A stretch of DNA of 64,000 nt from an uncultured virus (IMG/VR IMGVR_UViG_3300046171_000179) (Duplodnaviria > Heunggongvirae > Uroviricota > Caudoviricetes > Crassvirales): the IMG/VR virus record IMGVR_UViG_3300046171_000179. The stretch is one strand, 5' to 3'. Shown here in pieces: positions 9,897-20,378 of this stretch. The notes beneath the pieces are model-generated. The model was given only the letters and a program-made list of their open reading frames with translations. It was not told the origin of the DNA and ran no database searches. Position numbers and translations under genes: made by a program. Position 1 is the stretch's first letter. Every line of letters starts with the position of its first letter.

Positions 9897-10970
9897 ATGC
9901 CTATAAACTTATTCAATAATCCTTTATCCTCAATTAAATTGGGAGCTAACGATATTTTAAAAGGATATATTGGTAATAATGAAATATTTCCTAATTCAAT
10001 AACTATTGAGTTTGCTTCTATATCAGGCTTAGGTCTTACATATACTTTACCACCTTCTCAAACTGGTGATCCTGGCGCTTCTTATCCATCTACTACATTT
10101 ACTATATCCGGTTCAGGTAGTGAAATATTAAATGTTTCAAGTTTTGCAATGACAAACTTACCATCAACTTTATCTGCAGTTGTAAGTAGTGGTAGTGGTA
10201 CAAATACTTTAACTGTTACAATAAGTGGAACATTTCCGGCGGTAGGAGTAGGTCCTATAACTAGTGTTGTTTCTGGAATAAACGTTGCAACAGCATATTT
10301 AGCTCACTTCTTAATGGTAGGAGGTGGCGGTAGTGCAGGTAGTGGTTATGTATCATCCGGTGGTGGCGGTGGAGGTGTAAGAACCTCTTTTGCACCTAAC
10401 GGAGGTGGTCAATCTGTTGATCCACAAGCTACTTTAATACCTGGAACTACATATACAGTTACTGTAGCTGCTATTGGAGGAGATTCTACTATTTCTGGAG
10501 CTCCATTTAATAATATAGTAGCAACAGGAGGTAATAATGGAAGTGGTTCTACTGCTAATTCAGTAGGCGGTCCAAGTGCTGGTTCTTATGGATACTCAGG
10601 TGGAAGTAGTAATACCTCTATGTGGTCTGGTGGTAGTGGAGGTGGAGCCGGTGGCCCAGGTAGTTCAAGTTCAAGCTATGCTACTGGCGGTTTAAGTGGA
10701 GGAGCTCCTTTAGTTAATGCTATAAAAGGATCAAACGTTAATTATGGCTCAGGAGGTAGAGGTTATACAGGCAATTACGGAGCGGGAAGCTCTACACCGT
10801 CTGCATATGGAAAAGGTGGAGATGCTAGCGCAGGAGCTGGGCAGCCTGGTGTTGTAATACTTAGAGTGCCAACAGCAAGCGTAGGAACAGCTTCAGGTAC
10901 ACACACTACAGGTACTATTGGTAATGACACTTGGATAGAATGGACAGGTTCTGGATCTTACGTCGCGTGA
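9897..10970 (+). CDS. Glycine-rich fibre protein
   Basis: IKLG..ILKGYIG adaptor N-terminus; LMVGGGG...GVVILR Gly-rich domain. Confidence 0.75.
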   Translation: MPINLFNNPLSSIKLGANDILKGYIGNNEIFPNSITIEFASISGLGLTYTLPPSQTGDPGASYPSTTFTISGSGSEILNVSSFAMTNLPSTLSAVVSSGSGTNTLTVTISGTFPAVGVGPITSVVSGINVATAYLAHFLMVGGGGSAGSGYVSSGGGGGGVRTSFAPNGGGQSVDPQATLIPGTTYTVTVAAIGGDSTISGAPFNNIVATGGNNGSGSTANSVGGPSAGSYGYSGGSSNTSMWSGGSGGGAGGPGSSSSSYATGGLSGGAPLVNAIKGSNVNYGSGGRGYTGNYGAGSSTPSAYGKGGDASAGAGQPGVVILRVPTASVGTASGTHTTGTIGNDTWIEWTGSGSYVA

Positions 10971-10989
10971 TAAAAATAAAAAATAAAAA

Positions 10990-11685
10990 ATGGCAAGAAT
11001 AAAACTATATCCTAATGACACTACTATTGAAGGTGGTGATAAATTGGTTGGTACAGACATAAATGGTAATGCTACAAAAAATTACCAGATAGAAGAACTT
11101 GCTCGATATTTTGAACAAACAGGTAATGCACTTTTTCAATATAATTTTGCTGGAACTTACAGCAATGAAACTATTGACTCTGGTGAATATAGATATCAAG
11201 TTGATCCATCAGCACCAACTGTTTATGGTTGGGCTAATATAACTGGTATTGCAATAAGTAGATATAATAAAAACGGTGAGGATGCAACTCCTATGATACC
11301 TTTTTTAGTTAATCAACTTATTAAAATTACTGATATAGGCACATCTGAAAGCTTAGGTTATGGTTTATACAAAGTAAAAAGTTCTACAACACTAAGTAAT
11401 GGTGCTGCATATTTATTAACATTTACATTTAAAGGCGCTTCTAGCACTGTAGGTAATAGTGTTATATCTATAGCTCCTTTTGGTGGACAAGACTATGAGT
11501 ACGATGAAGAAATACCAGTAGCAGCATCAACATGGGAAATAAATCATAATTTAGGTAGATTTCCAAGTATAACTACAGTAGATTCAGCTGGTAGCGAAAT
11601 TACTGGCGCTGTAACTTATAATAATGAAAATAAAATAACAGTAGTATTCAATTCCGCAACAAGTGGTAATGCATATTTAAACTAA
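10990..11685 (+). CDS. Structural protein
   Basis: DKLVGTD N-terminus; WEINHNLGRFPSIT C-terminal domain. Confidence 0.7.
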   Translation: MARIKLYPNDTTIEGGDKLVGTDINGNATKNYQIEELARYFEQTGNALFQYNFAGTYSNETIDSGEYRYQVDPSAPTVYGWANITGIAISRYNKNGEDATPMIPFLVNQLIKITDIGTSESLGYGLYKVKSSTTLSNGAAYLLTFTFKGASSTVGNSVISIAPFGGQDYEYDEEIPVAASTWEINHNLGRFPSITTVDSAGSEITGAVTYNNENKITVVFNSATSGNAYLN

Positions 11686-11690
11686 ACAAA

Positions 11691-13055
11691 ATGGCAATAA
11701 ATTTTTTAAACAATCTTGATCTAAACAAGAATCAGCTACAAAATGCTGTAATACAGGTTTTAGGCACAGCGCCTTCAAACCCTGTATCTGGCCAGATATA
11801 TTATGACTCTTCAGATAATAATATATATTACTATAATGGTACTGCGTGGACATCATTTTCTGGTGATATTACTGAGATTACAACAAGTACAGCAAATCAG
11901 TTAACTGTAACAAATGGTGCTGGCCCTATAGTACAATTAGCTGTAGTAACAGCTACAGTTGCAAACAACAGCACAGCACTTGCTACAGGTGATCAAATAT
12001 ATGACTTTGTAATAGGTACACCTATAAGTTCATTAGCGGATGCAACTGCTAATGTAAATATGGATAGTAACAAAATTATTAACGTTACTGATCCTTCATC
12101 AGCACAAGATGCTGCAACAAAAGCATATGTAGATAATGCTGTAGTAGGTGGTTTAACATATAAAGGTGGTTATGATGCTACAACAAACTCACCTGATTTA
12201 GATTCATCTACAAGCGCAGCTACATATACTATTACAGTTTCAAACGCTTCTGGTGCTAACAAATACTATGTAGATGGTATACAACAACAAACATTAACAT
12301 TAATACCTGGAACTACATACACTATAAATCAAGATGATGCTAGTAATGCATCACATCCTTTAATACTAAGTACATCAGCTGTTGCAGCTGGTAACTATAG
12401 CACAGGTGTTACATATGAATTAGATGGATCTACAGTAACTTACACGAATTATATAAGTGGTTTTGCTGCAGCAACTCAAAGAAGACTTAGCATAACTTTA
12501 CAAGCAGGTCATCCTAGCTTAAATTATATATGTTACTACCATCAAAACATGGGTAACAATGTAAGTGCTGGTAATATAGCAATAGCTGTTGGAGATACTT
12601 ATACCGTAACTGCAGATGGTTTATTCTTTACTGAACAAGTAAGAGTAGGAGACTTTTTAATAGCAGAAGTAGCTACAGCTGCAGGCGCGGGTAGTGCACT
12701 AGCAAATTGGACTGTAGTACAAAGTAATATAGATGTAGCAACAGCAGCGGCAACCTCAGGAGCGGCTGTAAAAGGTATATCAGGTTATGATTCTGCAGAT
12801 TTTACAGTTGATACAGCTGGTTGGGTGCAACTTGCAAATAAAACATTTACAGCATCCATTGGTAATGGCTCAGCTACTTCATATACAGTTACACACAATT
12901 TAAATAGTTTTGATGTTATAGTACAACTTTATGATTTATCAACATATGATACGGTATATGCTGATGTTGTAAGAACTAGTGCTAATGTTGTTACAGTAAG
13001 CTTTACAACAGCACCAACTACAAATGATATAAGAGTACTTATTCAAGAAATATAA
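11691..13055 (+). CDS. Tail fibre-like protein
   Basis: DAATKAYVD, YICYYHQNMG, VTHNLNS motifs. Confidence 0.75.
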   Translation: MAINFLNNLDLNKNQLQNAVIQVLGTAPSNPVSGQIYYDSSDNNIYYYNGTAWTSFSGDITEITTSTANQLTVTNGAGPIVQLAVVTATVANNSTALATGDQIYDFVIGTPISSLADATANVNMDSNKIINVTDPSSAQDAATKAYVDNAVVGGLTYKGGYDATTNSPDLDSSTSAATYTITVSNASGANKYYVDGIQQQTLTLIPGTTYTINQDDASNASHPLILSTSAVAAGNYSTGVTYELDGSTVTYTNYISGFAAATQRRLSITLQAGHPSLNYICYYHQNMGNNVSAGNIAIAVGDTYTVTADGLFFTEQVRVGDFLIAEVATAAGAGSALANWTVVQSNIDVATAAATSGAAVKGISGYDSADFTVDTAGWVQLANKTFTASIGNGSATSYTVTHNLNSFDVIVQLYDLSTYDTVYADVVRTSANVVTVSFTTAPTTNDIRVLIQEI

Positions 13056-13058
13056 TTT

Positions 13059-15542
13059 ATGGCTTCAAAGTTTAAAAGTTCAGTAGAAATTGATGGTTAT
13101 CTATCAGTATCAAGCGGGAACTGGATACAAGTACCAGATGGTACTACTGCCCAGCGCCCAGGCTCGCCTACAGTTGGTATGTTTAGATATAACACTACTA
13201 CAGCTGAATTTGAAGGTTACTTTGGCTCAACTCCAGCTTGGGGTGCTATAGGTGGTGGTGGTAGTGGTACAGTTACTGAAGCATTTAAAACATTTGCAGT
13301 ATCAGGACAATCAAGCATTGTAGCTGATGGTCCTACAGATACATTAACCGTAGCCGCTGGTAATAACATCAGTCTAACTACAGATGCCGCAACAGACACA
13401 CTAACAATTGCTTCTACAGGAGGATCTGGTGGTGGTACGGTAACAATAGAAAGAAATAATTATACGGGCGATGGTTCAACAGTTGCATATGGTGTTTCGT
13501 CTACAGTAGTATCAGAAAATGATATACAAATATACTTAGATGGTGTTTATCAAGATAAAGATACTTTTACAGCAACAGGAACTACAGTAACATTTGGTAC
13601 AGCACCTCCAACAGGAACTGCTATTGAAATAATGCATTATGTTGCAGTCGATGGTGTTGTTGAGGTCGATGAATTTGTTGGTGACGGAACACAAACTGAT
13701 TTTTCTACAACACTTTCTATTATAAATGAAAATGCTACATCAGTATTTGTAAGTGGTGTTTATCAGTCTAAGTTGACATATCAAACTACAGGCAATGTAG
13801 TATCATTTACAACAGCACCACCAAACGGTGCAAATATAGAAATAGTTCATGTAAAAGCTTTAGCTTTAAGTGGATTTAATAAGAATAACTTTACAGGTAC
13901 AGGTTCTCAAACAGCATTTACTTTAAATACAACTGTTAACGAAGAGAATATGACCTTTGTATTTTTAGAAGGTATATACCAAGATAAAAGTACGTATAGC
14001 ATATCTGGATCAACACTTACATTTACAACAGCACCTCAAAGCGGTTATAATATAGAAGTGATGGTACTAGGTGCTATATCAGCATCGACTAATGCTTTAT
14101 ATACAGATACTTTTACAGGGGACGGTTCTACAACAGCATATGCTTTAGGTATAACACCAGTAGATTTAAACGCTATTGAAGTATATTTAAATGGTTTATA
14201 TCAAAATGTAAGTACTCTTACATTATCAGCTAATACAGTTACATTTGCTACAGCACCACCTAGTGGTGTTATAATAGAAATAAGATCTGTAGGATTTTTA
14301 AATTCAGGTGGTACATTATCACCTGCAACTTTAATAGGCGGTACTGGCATTGAGGTGATTACAAATTCACCTAATAACTTTACAATAAATAATACACTTG
14401 TAGATGTAACAGTATCTTTTAATGCGCCTACTGGTCAAAGTTTAACATATACAACGCCTGGAACTTCTTCAGGTCAAGCTGGTTCAATTTTCACAACAAC
14501 AACCTTTACTATTACATCTCCAACAGGTAAAGTATTAAGCGGAACTGCAGTAATTAGTGGATTACCAGCGGGATTAACAAGCTCTCAAAGTTATAACAAC
14601 ACAAACCCTGGTAATATTTTAACAATAACACTAGGCGGTGTTTATCCTAGTGCTAACTCAGTTGGTACAAATTTAGTTGTATCTAATTTAACAGAATCTA
14701 CTCCACCTTTAACAGTTAGCTATTTAGTAGTTGCTGGAGGAGGTGGCGGTGCTGGTGATTATGGAGGAGGTGGTGGAGCCGGTGGTTTACGTACTTCTTA
14801 TGGAAGTAGTTCTGGTGGCGGAAGTTCTGCTGAATCTACTCTAACATTGTCAACAGCGACTAATTATGCATTAACCGTGGGATCTAGTGGGGCTGGATCT
14901 ACAGGATCATCTGCAAAAGGTTCAAACGGCGTAAACTCTGTTTTTGCTACTATAATTTCTACAGGAGGTGGTGGTGCTGGTGCTGAATCTAATAATGATG
15001 GATTAACTGGAGGATGTGGAGGTGGAACTGGATATAGTTCGTCAGCAACTGCAGGATCTGGTACTACTAATCAAGGTTATGCTGGAGGGCTTGGATTTGT
15101 TGGTGGTGGTAAGTATACATCTGGAGGAGGTGGTGGTGCAGCACAAATTGGTCAAAATGGTGATGGTACTTCAAGTGGATCAGATGGAGGTAATGGTTTA
15201 TCTGTATCTATAACTGGCACAGCTACATATTATGCTGGAGGTGGCGGTGGTGGTGGCGGTAGGCCAAGTCAGGGTCCAGGAGCTATAGGTAATGGTGGTT
15301 TAGGCGGCGGAGGAGATTCTCCAAATTCAGCCACTGGAGATAACGGAACTGATAACACCGGTGGTGGCGGTGGCGGAGGTCAAGGAGATGCTGGTACAGG
15401 TGGAAATGGAGGTTCTGGAATAGTAATATTACGTTATCCAAATAATTATACAATATCAGGATTAGCAGGTACAACAATTACTGTAGGGTCAGATAAAGTA
15501 ACGACATTCACATCAGGAACTGGTAACATACAATTTAACTAA
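13059..15542 (+). CDS. Repeat-containing Gly-rich fibre/baseplate-like protein
   Basis: GTTAQRP..GMFRYN; four TGDG...GVYQ...FTTAP repeats; Gly-rich C-terminus. Confidence 0.8.
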   Translation: MASKFKSSVEIDGYLSVSSGNWIQVPDGTTAQRPGSPTVGMFRYNTTTAEFEGYFGSTPAWGAIGGGGSGTVTEAFKTFAVSGQSSIVADGPTDTLTVAAGNNISLTTDAATDTLTIASTGGSGGGTVTIERNNYTGDGSTVAYGVSSTVVSENDIQIYLDGVYQDKDTFTATGTTVTFGTAPPTGTAIEIMHYVAVDGVVEVDEFVGDGTQTDFSTTLSIINENATSVFVSGVYQSKLTYQTTGNVVSFTTAPPNGANIEIVHVKALALSGFNKNNFTGTGSQTAFTLNTTVNEENMTFVFLEGIYQDKSTYSISGSTLTFTTAPQSGYNIEVMVLGAISASTNALYTDTFTGDGSTTAYALGITPVDLNAIEVYLNGLYQNVSTLTLSANTVTFATAPPSGVIIEIRSVGFLNSGGTLSPATLIGGTGIEVITNSPNNFTINNTLVDVTVSFNAPTGQSLTYTTPGTSSGQAGSIFTTTTFTITSPTGKVLSGTAVISGLPAGLTSSQSYNNTNPGNILTITLGGVYPSANSVGTNLVVSNLTESTPPLTVSYLVVAGGGGGAGDYGGGGGAGGLRTSYGSSSGGGSSAESTLTLSTATNYALTVGSSGAGSTGSSAKGSNGVNSVFATIISTGGGGAGAESNNDGLTGGCGGGTGYSSSATAGSGTTNQGYAGGLGFVGGGKYTSGGGGGAAQIGQNGDGTSSGSDGGNGLSVSITGTATYYAGGGGGGGGRPSQGPGAIGNGGLGGGGDSPNSATGDNGTDNTGGGGGGGQGDAGTGGNGGSGIVILRYPNNYTISGLAGTTITVGSDKVTTFTSGTGNIQFN

Positions 15543-16840
15543 TGGCATTAACGAAATTAACACAAAACTTAATAGACGGAACTATTGTAACAAGCGTTAA
15601 TAGTCAAACAGGCGCGGTTACTTTAGAAACAGGTACTGATTGGGTATCAACCATCCAGACAAGTAATTTTACAGCTGTAGCTGGAAAAGGTTATTTTGTT
15701 AATACTACAGCTGGTACTATAACAATTAATTTACCTGCAGGTGTTGTAGGTACTGAAATAGTAATACAAGACTATGCTGGTACTTTTGCAACTAATAAAG
15801 TTTTATTAAATGCTAATGGCTCTGAAAAAATTCAAGGTTCTTCAACAATACAAGGTCAAATAACGACTAAAAATGCTACAGCCACATTAGTATATCAAGA
15901 CGCAATAAAAGGTTGGACATCACAAGATGTTATTACACAACCAACTAATGTAATAACAAATTATTTAGTAATTGCAGGCGGTGGCGGTGGTGGTTGTGCT
16001 AATGGCGGTGGTGCTGGCGGTGGTGCTGGCGGATATAGAACAACTATAGGAACATCAGGAGGTGGTGGTTCTGCAGAGTCTACATTAACATTATTACCCT
16101 CTACTAATTACACTGTAACTATAGGTGCAGGCGGCGCTGGGGGAGCTATCACGGGTACAGGTCAAAAAGGTGTATCAGGCTCAAATTCTTTATTTAGCAC
16201 AATAACATCTATAGGTGGTGGTCATGGGGGTGGACACCCTACTTCTGCTTCTAATAGTAATGGCGGTACTGGGGGATCTGGTGGTGGAGGTGGTAAAGAT
16301 TCTACACAAAGTACTCCTGGTTCCGGAACTACAAATCAAGGATATGATGGAGGAACTGCAGGAAATAATGCTGGAGGTGGCGGTGGAGGAGCAGGTGCTG
16401 CTGGATCAAATGGTAGCGGAAATGATATCGGTGGTAATGGTGGTAATGGCGTATCCTCAAGCATAACAGGTTCTGCAGTAACAAGAGCTGGCGGCGGAGG
16501 TGGCGGTTGTGAAGTTCCAAACTCTGCTTCTGATGCAGGATCCGGAGGTACTGGTGGTGGTGGTACAGGCGGTGCCGCAGGTAGCGTTGGTAGCGCACCA
16601 ACAGCGGGAACCACAAATACAGGCAGTGGGGGTGGCGGATCTGGTGATTATAATACTGGTGGAAATTATCCTGGACAAAATGGAGGTTCTGGAATAGTTA
16701 TATTACGTTATCCAAACTCATTTAATTTAACAAATCCTGGAGGTTCTTTAACTTTTTCTCAACAAGATACCCCTATAAGTGGAACTTCAGATTTATATAC
16801 AGAAATCACATCAGGAACAGGAAATATACAATTTAACTAA
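15542..16840 (+). CDS. Glycine-rich fibre protein
   Basis: GYFVNTT..TINLPA domain plus Gly-rich domain ending GSGIVILRYP. Confidence 0.8.
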   Translation: MALTKLTQNLIDGTIVTSVNSQTGAVTLETGTDWVSTIQTSNFTAVAGKGYFVNTTAGTITINLPAGVVGTEIVIQDYAGTFATNKVLLNANGSEKIQGSSTIQGQITTKNATATLVYQDAIKGWTSQDVITQPTNVITNYLVIAGGGGGGCANGGGAGGGAGGYRTTIGTSGGGGSAESTLTLLPSTNYTVTIGAGGAGGAITGTGQKGVSGSNSLFSTITSIGGGHGGGHPTSASNSNGGTGGSGGGGGKDSTQSTPGSGTTNQGYDGGTAGNNAGGGGGGAGAAGSNGSGNDIGGNGGNGVSSSITGSAVTRAGGGGGGCEVPNSASDAGSGGTGGGGTGGAAGSVGSAPTAGTTNTGSGGGGSGDYNTGGNYPGQNGGSGIVILRYPNSFNLTNPGGSLTFSQQDTPISGTSDLYTEITSGTGNIQFN

Positions 16841-16844
16841 TAAT

Positions 16845-17216
16845 ATGGCACATTACGCATTTTTAGATATGGCTAACGTAGTAACCGAAGTAATAGTAGG
16901 TAGAGACGAAGGCGATACAAATACAAACTGGGAATTAGAATACCAAGATGTAAGAAAACAAGTTTGTAAAAGAACTTCTTATAATACACAAGGTGGTGTA
17001 CACTCAGGTGATGGCACTCCATATAGAAAAAATTACGCAGGTATAGGATATACTTATGACTATGCCCGCGATGCTTTTATTCCACCTAAACCATATGCTA
17101 GCTGGACGCTAGATGAAACATCATGTTTATGGCAAGCACCAGTTGAGTATCCAGACGATGGAGAAAGATATGTTTGGAATGAAGAAAATCAAGAGTGGGA
17201 TTTAATAACAGAATAA
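16845..17216 (+). CDS. Conserved fibre-associated protein
   Basis: Likely start MAHYAF; TSYN...RKNYAGIGYTYD...DAFIPPKPYASW family usually follows Gly-rich fibres. Confidence 0.8.
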   Translation: MAHYAFLDMANVVTEVIVGRDEGDTNTNWELEYQDVRKQVCKRTSYNTQGGVHSGDGTPYRKNYAGIGYTYDYARDAFIPPKPYASWTLDETSCLWQAPVEYPDDGERYVWNEENQEWDLITE

Positions 17217-19925
17217 ATGGCTCAAACTAAACCTAAGGCAGCACAATTTTATGGCGTATCAGATAATGGTACAGATGGTCAGTTTTTAAAGACTGATGGT
17301 ACAGGTGGTATGTCTTGGGATAGCCCAATAACCAACCCTACACTAACATCTATTGATTATCCAGGTACAGCAACAGCAGCAGATCCTGCGGGTGGTGAAA
17401 GTGTTATTATTAATGGTACATTATTTGCTTCAGGAATAACTTGTACTGTGGGTGGTACATCAGCAGTTACAGCTTTTAATTCTGCTAATCAAATTACAAT
17501 TACTACACCAGCAAAAGCAGCTGGTCAATATACTATTGCTGTAACAAACCTAAATGGAGGTACTGCTTCACAAGCAAATTTTATACAATATAGTGGAGTG
17601 CCGGTGTGGTCAACAGCTTCAGGTAGTTTAGGTAGTGTTCAAGAAGGAGCTTCTGCTTCTTTTCAAGTAACAGCAACAGAAGGCAGTGACACTATAGAGT
17701 ATGCAGTAACTACAGGTACTTTACCAACAGGTTTATCACTTAATACAAATACAGGAGCTATTACAGGTACAGCACCCTCAGTAACAGCAGATACAACAAC
17801 AACATTTAGTATTACAGCTACAGATGACGAAAATCAAACTAGTTCTGAAAGATCTTTTAGCATAACTGTAACTAATGATAATCCTAGTAATTATTTTGAT
17901 ACTATTTTATACAATGGTAATGGAAGTTCTCAATCTATAACAGGTTTAAATTTTTCTCCGGATTTTGTATGGATAAAAGCAAGACAAGCAACCGCTGGAC
18001 ATCAAATTTTTGATACAATTAGAGGGGTTCACAAATCTTTAGGCTCAAATGGTAGTGATCAACAATATAACAACTCACCTTATTGTTTAACTTCTTTTGA
18101 TTCTAATGGTTTTGCTGTTACTGATCAAACCAATGGAGGTTACGGTGTTAATGGAGCACCAGGACAAACATATACGGGCTCAAATGCAAATTATGTAGCT
18201 TGGTGTTGGAAAGCTGGAGGAACTAAAGTAGCAAATACACAAGGATTAATAAATACTAATGTTAGTGCTAATACTACTTTAGGATTTAGTATTGTTGAGT
18301 ATAATGGAGCTACTAATGCAACTAATGATCAAAGTAATAACAGTGGTAACTATTGGTCTGTAGGCCATGGATTAGGAGCAACCCCAGATCTTGTTATAGT
18401 AAAAAAATTAAATGATGTTGGAAGTTGGTATGTAGGTGGAGCTGCACTTAGTTCTTCAGGTACAAATGGTAACCATTTAGTATTAAATGCCAGTTCTTCA
18501 ATGGCAACACAATCTAATATATTATGGGGAGGTTCTCAAACTTTTAACAACAACACTTTTGGACTTGGTGGATGGGATGTAGTAAATAGAAATGGAGATT
18601 CTTATATTGCTTATTGTTTTACATCAAAAACAGGTTTTAGTAAAGTAGGTACTTATACAGGAAATACATCAAACCCGCCAATAGTATCTACAGGATTTGA
18701 ACCTGCATTTTTAATGATAAAATCCGTAAATTTAAGTGATAGTTGGTTTATGGTTGACAACAAAAGAGAAACTACAAATCCTAGAGGTGATAGATTATTT
18801 GCCAACAGTGGAGCAGCTGAAGCTAGCGAGCCAGGTGCTCAAGTTAATTTTTTATCTAATGGTTTTCAACTAACAGGTTCTGGTGCAGGTGCAGGTCAAA
18901 CAAATAATAATGGAACTACTTATTTATATTTAGCTTTTGCAGCAGACGGCTCTACAACAACACCTAGTTTAGCTAATAGTTTTGCCGCTGAACTTTACAC
19001 AGGCAATGGTGGAACTAAAACAGTAACAACTGGATTTAAAACAGATTTAGTGTGGTTAAAAAGTAGAACTGCAGCATATCCTCCGTATATGGCAGATAGC
19101 GTAAGAGGTACTTTAAAAGTTTTAAGATCTAGCGAACAAGATGCACAAAGTACAGGTACTGGTGTAAGTTCTTTTGGTTCTACTTCTTTTGATGTAACAG
19201 GAGGTGGTGAAAATCAATCGGGAGGAAGTTATGTATCATGGAACTGGAAAGCAGGAGGAACACCTTCTATTAATACAGATGGAACACTGACTGGTGTGGT
19301 TTCAGCTAATCAAGCTGCTGGATTTAGTGTTGTACAATGGATTGGCAACGGTACTGTTGGTGCAACGGTAGGTCATGGACTTAATGCTGCTCCTGAATTA
19401 TTTATTACTAAAAACATAGAGGCTACTAATTTAAATTGGGCAACATATAGTGTAACAACTGGAAACAGCGCAAGACTTACATTAAATGAAAGTGCTGCTG
19501 TTAATACTGGAAGAGTTGAATGGAATAGCACAACTCCAACTTCATCAGTTGTAACTTTTAGTGATCATCCATGTGTTAATTCAACTGGTGTTAATTATAT
19601 AGGATATGCATTTACATCAATACCAAATTACCAAAAATGTGGTTCGTATGTTGGAAATGGGACTTTGGGTCATAGTATACCAGTGGGCTTTGCGCCTGAT
19701 TTTGTTATGCTTAAAATGACTACTGCAACAGGAGATTGGTATATGTTTGATAGTAAAAGGAAAACAGGTGTATACTCTGATCAACTTGAAGCAAATGATA
19801 ATGCGACGGAAGCAACAGGTACTTATGTTGAGTTAACTTCTACCGGATTTAATCTAAATACTACTTTATCTAGTATAAATAACAATGGCGAAACATTTAT
19901 ATATTTAGCAATAAAAGAAAATTAA
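17217..19925 (+). CDS. Virion protein with Ig-like domains and two DUF7483-like repeats
   Basis: LPTGLSLN..TGAITGT; YxGNG...PDFVWIK...W.WKAGG repeats. Confidence 0.75.
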   Translation: MAQTKPKAAQFYGVSDNGTDGQFLKTDGTGGMSWDSPITNPTLTSIDYPGTATAADPAGGESVIINGTLFASGITCTVGGTSAVTAFNSANQITITTPAKAAGQYTIAVTNLNGGTASQANFIQYSGVPVWSTASGSLGSVQEGASASFQVTATEGSDTIEYAVTTGTLPTGLSLNTNTGAITGTAPSVTADTTTTFSITATDDENQTSSERSFSITVTNDNPSNYFDTILYNGNGSSQSITGLNFSPDFVWIKARQATAGHQIFDTIRGVHKSLGSNGSDQQYNNSPYCLTSFDSNGFAVTDQTNGGYGVNGAPGQTYTGSNANYVAWCWKAGGTKVANTQGLINTNVSANTTLGFSIVEYNGATNATNDQSNNSGNYWSVGHGLGATPDLVIVKKLNDVGSWYVGGAALSSSGTNGNHLVLNASSSMATQSNILWGGSQTFNNNTFGLGGWDVVNRNGDSYIAYCFTSKTGFSKVGTYTGNTSNPPIVSTGFEPAFLMIKSVNLSDSWFMVDNKRETTNPRGDRLFANSGAAEASEPGAQVNFLSNGFQLTGSGAGAGQTNNNGTTYLYLAFAADGSTTTPSLANSFAAELYTGNGGTKTVTTGFKTDLVWLKSRTAAYPPYMADSVRGTLKVLRSSEQDAQSTGTGVSSFGSTSFDVTGGGENQSGGSYVSWNWKAGGTPSINTDGTLTGVVSANQAAGFSVVQWIGNGTVGATVGHGLNAAPELFITKNIEATNLNWATYSVTTGNSARLTLNESAAVNTGRVEWNSTTPTSSVVTFSDHPCVNSTGVNYIGYAFTSIPNYQKCGSYVGNGTLGHSIPVGFAPDFVMLKMTTATGDWYMFDSKRKTGVYSDQLEANDNATEATGTYVELTSTGFNLNTTLSSINNNGETFIYLAIKEN

Positions 19926-19931
19926 TAAAAA

Positions 19932-20375
19932 ATGGCTTTAACAAAAGTAACAAGTAACGTATTAAATGACGACGCAGTCACAACATCAAAAATAGTTAAT
20001 GCTAATGTAACTTCTAGTAAATTAGCTGCAGCTAGTGTTACTAGTACTAAAGTAGGTACTGAATTTACAACAGCTACTGCTTTAACACCAGCAGCTACAA
20101 TTGATGTAAGCTATACAGCAGCCCAGGTATTTACACTAACACCTAATGCTAATACTACACTTAATATAACTAATCCTGTGATCGGTGTAACTAAAGCTAT
20201 AGTTGTAACCGGTGCAGGTGGTTCATATACATTAGGTTTTACAGTAGGCGGATCAGCAGGTACATTTAATAAAATATCTGGTGACTATAGTGATACTGCA
20301 GCTGCTAAAAATTTTATACAAATCACATGTGTAGGTGCCACTGAGTTTTGGTATACTATATCTCAAATAGCTTAA
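19932..20375 (+). CDS. Structural protein
   Basis: MALTKV start, VTxxK repeats. Confidence 0.65.
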   Translation: MALTKVTSNVLNDDAVTTSKIVNANVTSSKLAAASVTSTKVGTEFTTATALTPAATIDVSYTAAQVFTLTPNANTTLNITNPVIGVTKAIVVTGAGGSYTLGFTVGGSAGTFNKISGDYSDTAAAKNFIQITCVGATEFWYTISQIA

Positions 20376-20378
20376 AGT

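Noticed and set aside
15016..16697. Alternative-frame ORFs in Gly-rich fibre genes
   Set aside because: GGN runs cannot form stops; products are Val/His/Pro low-complexity shadows. Also applied to 7527 and 20707 ORFs, which lack a codon shift
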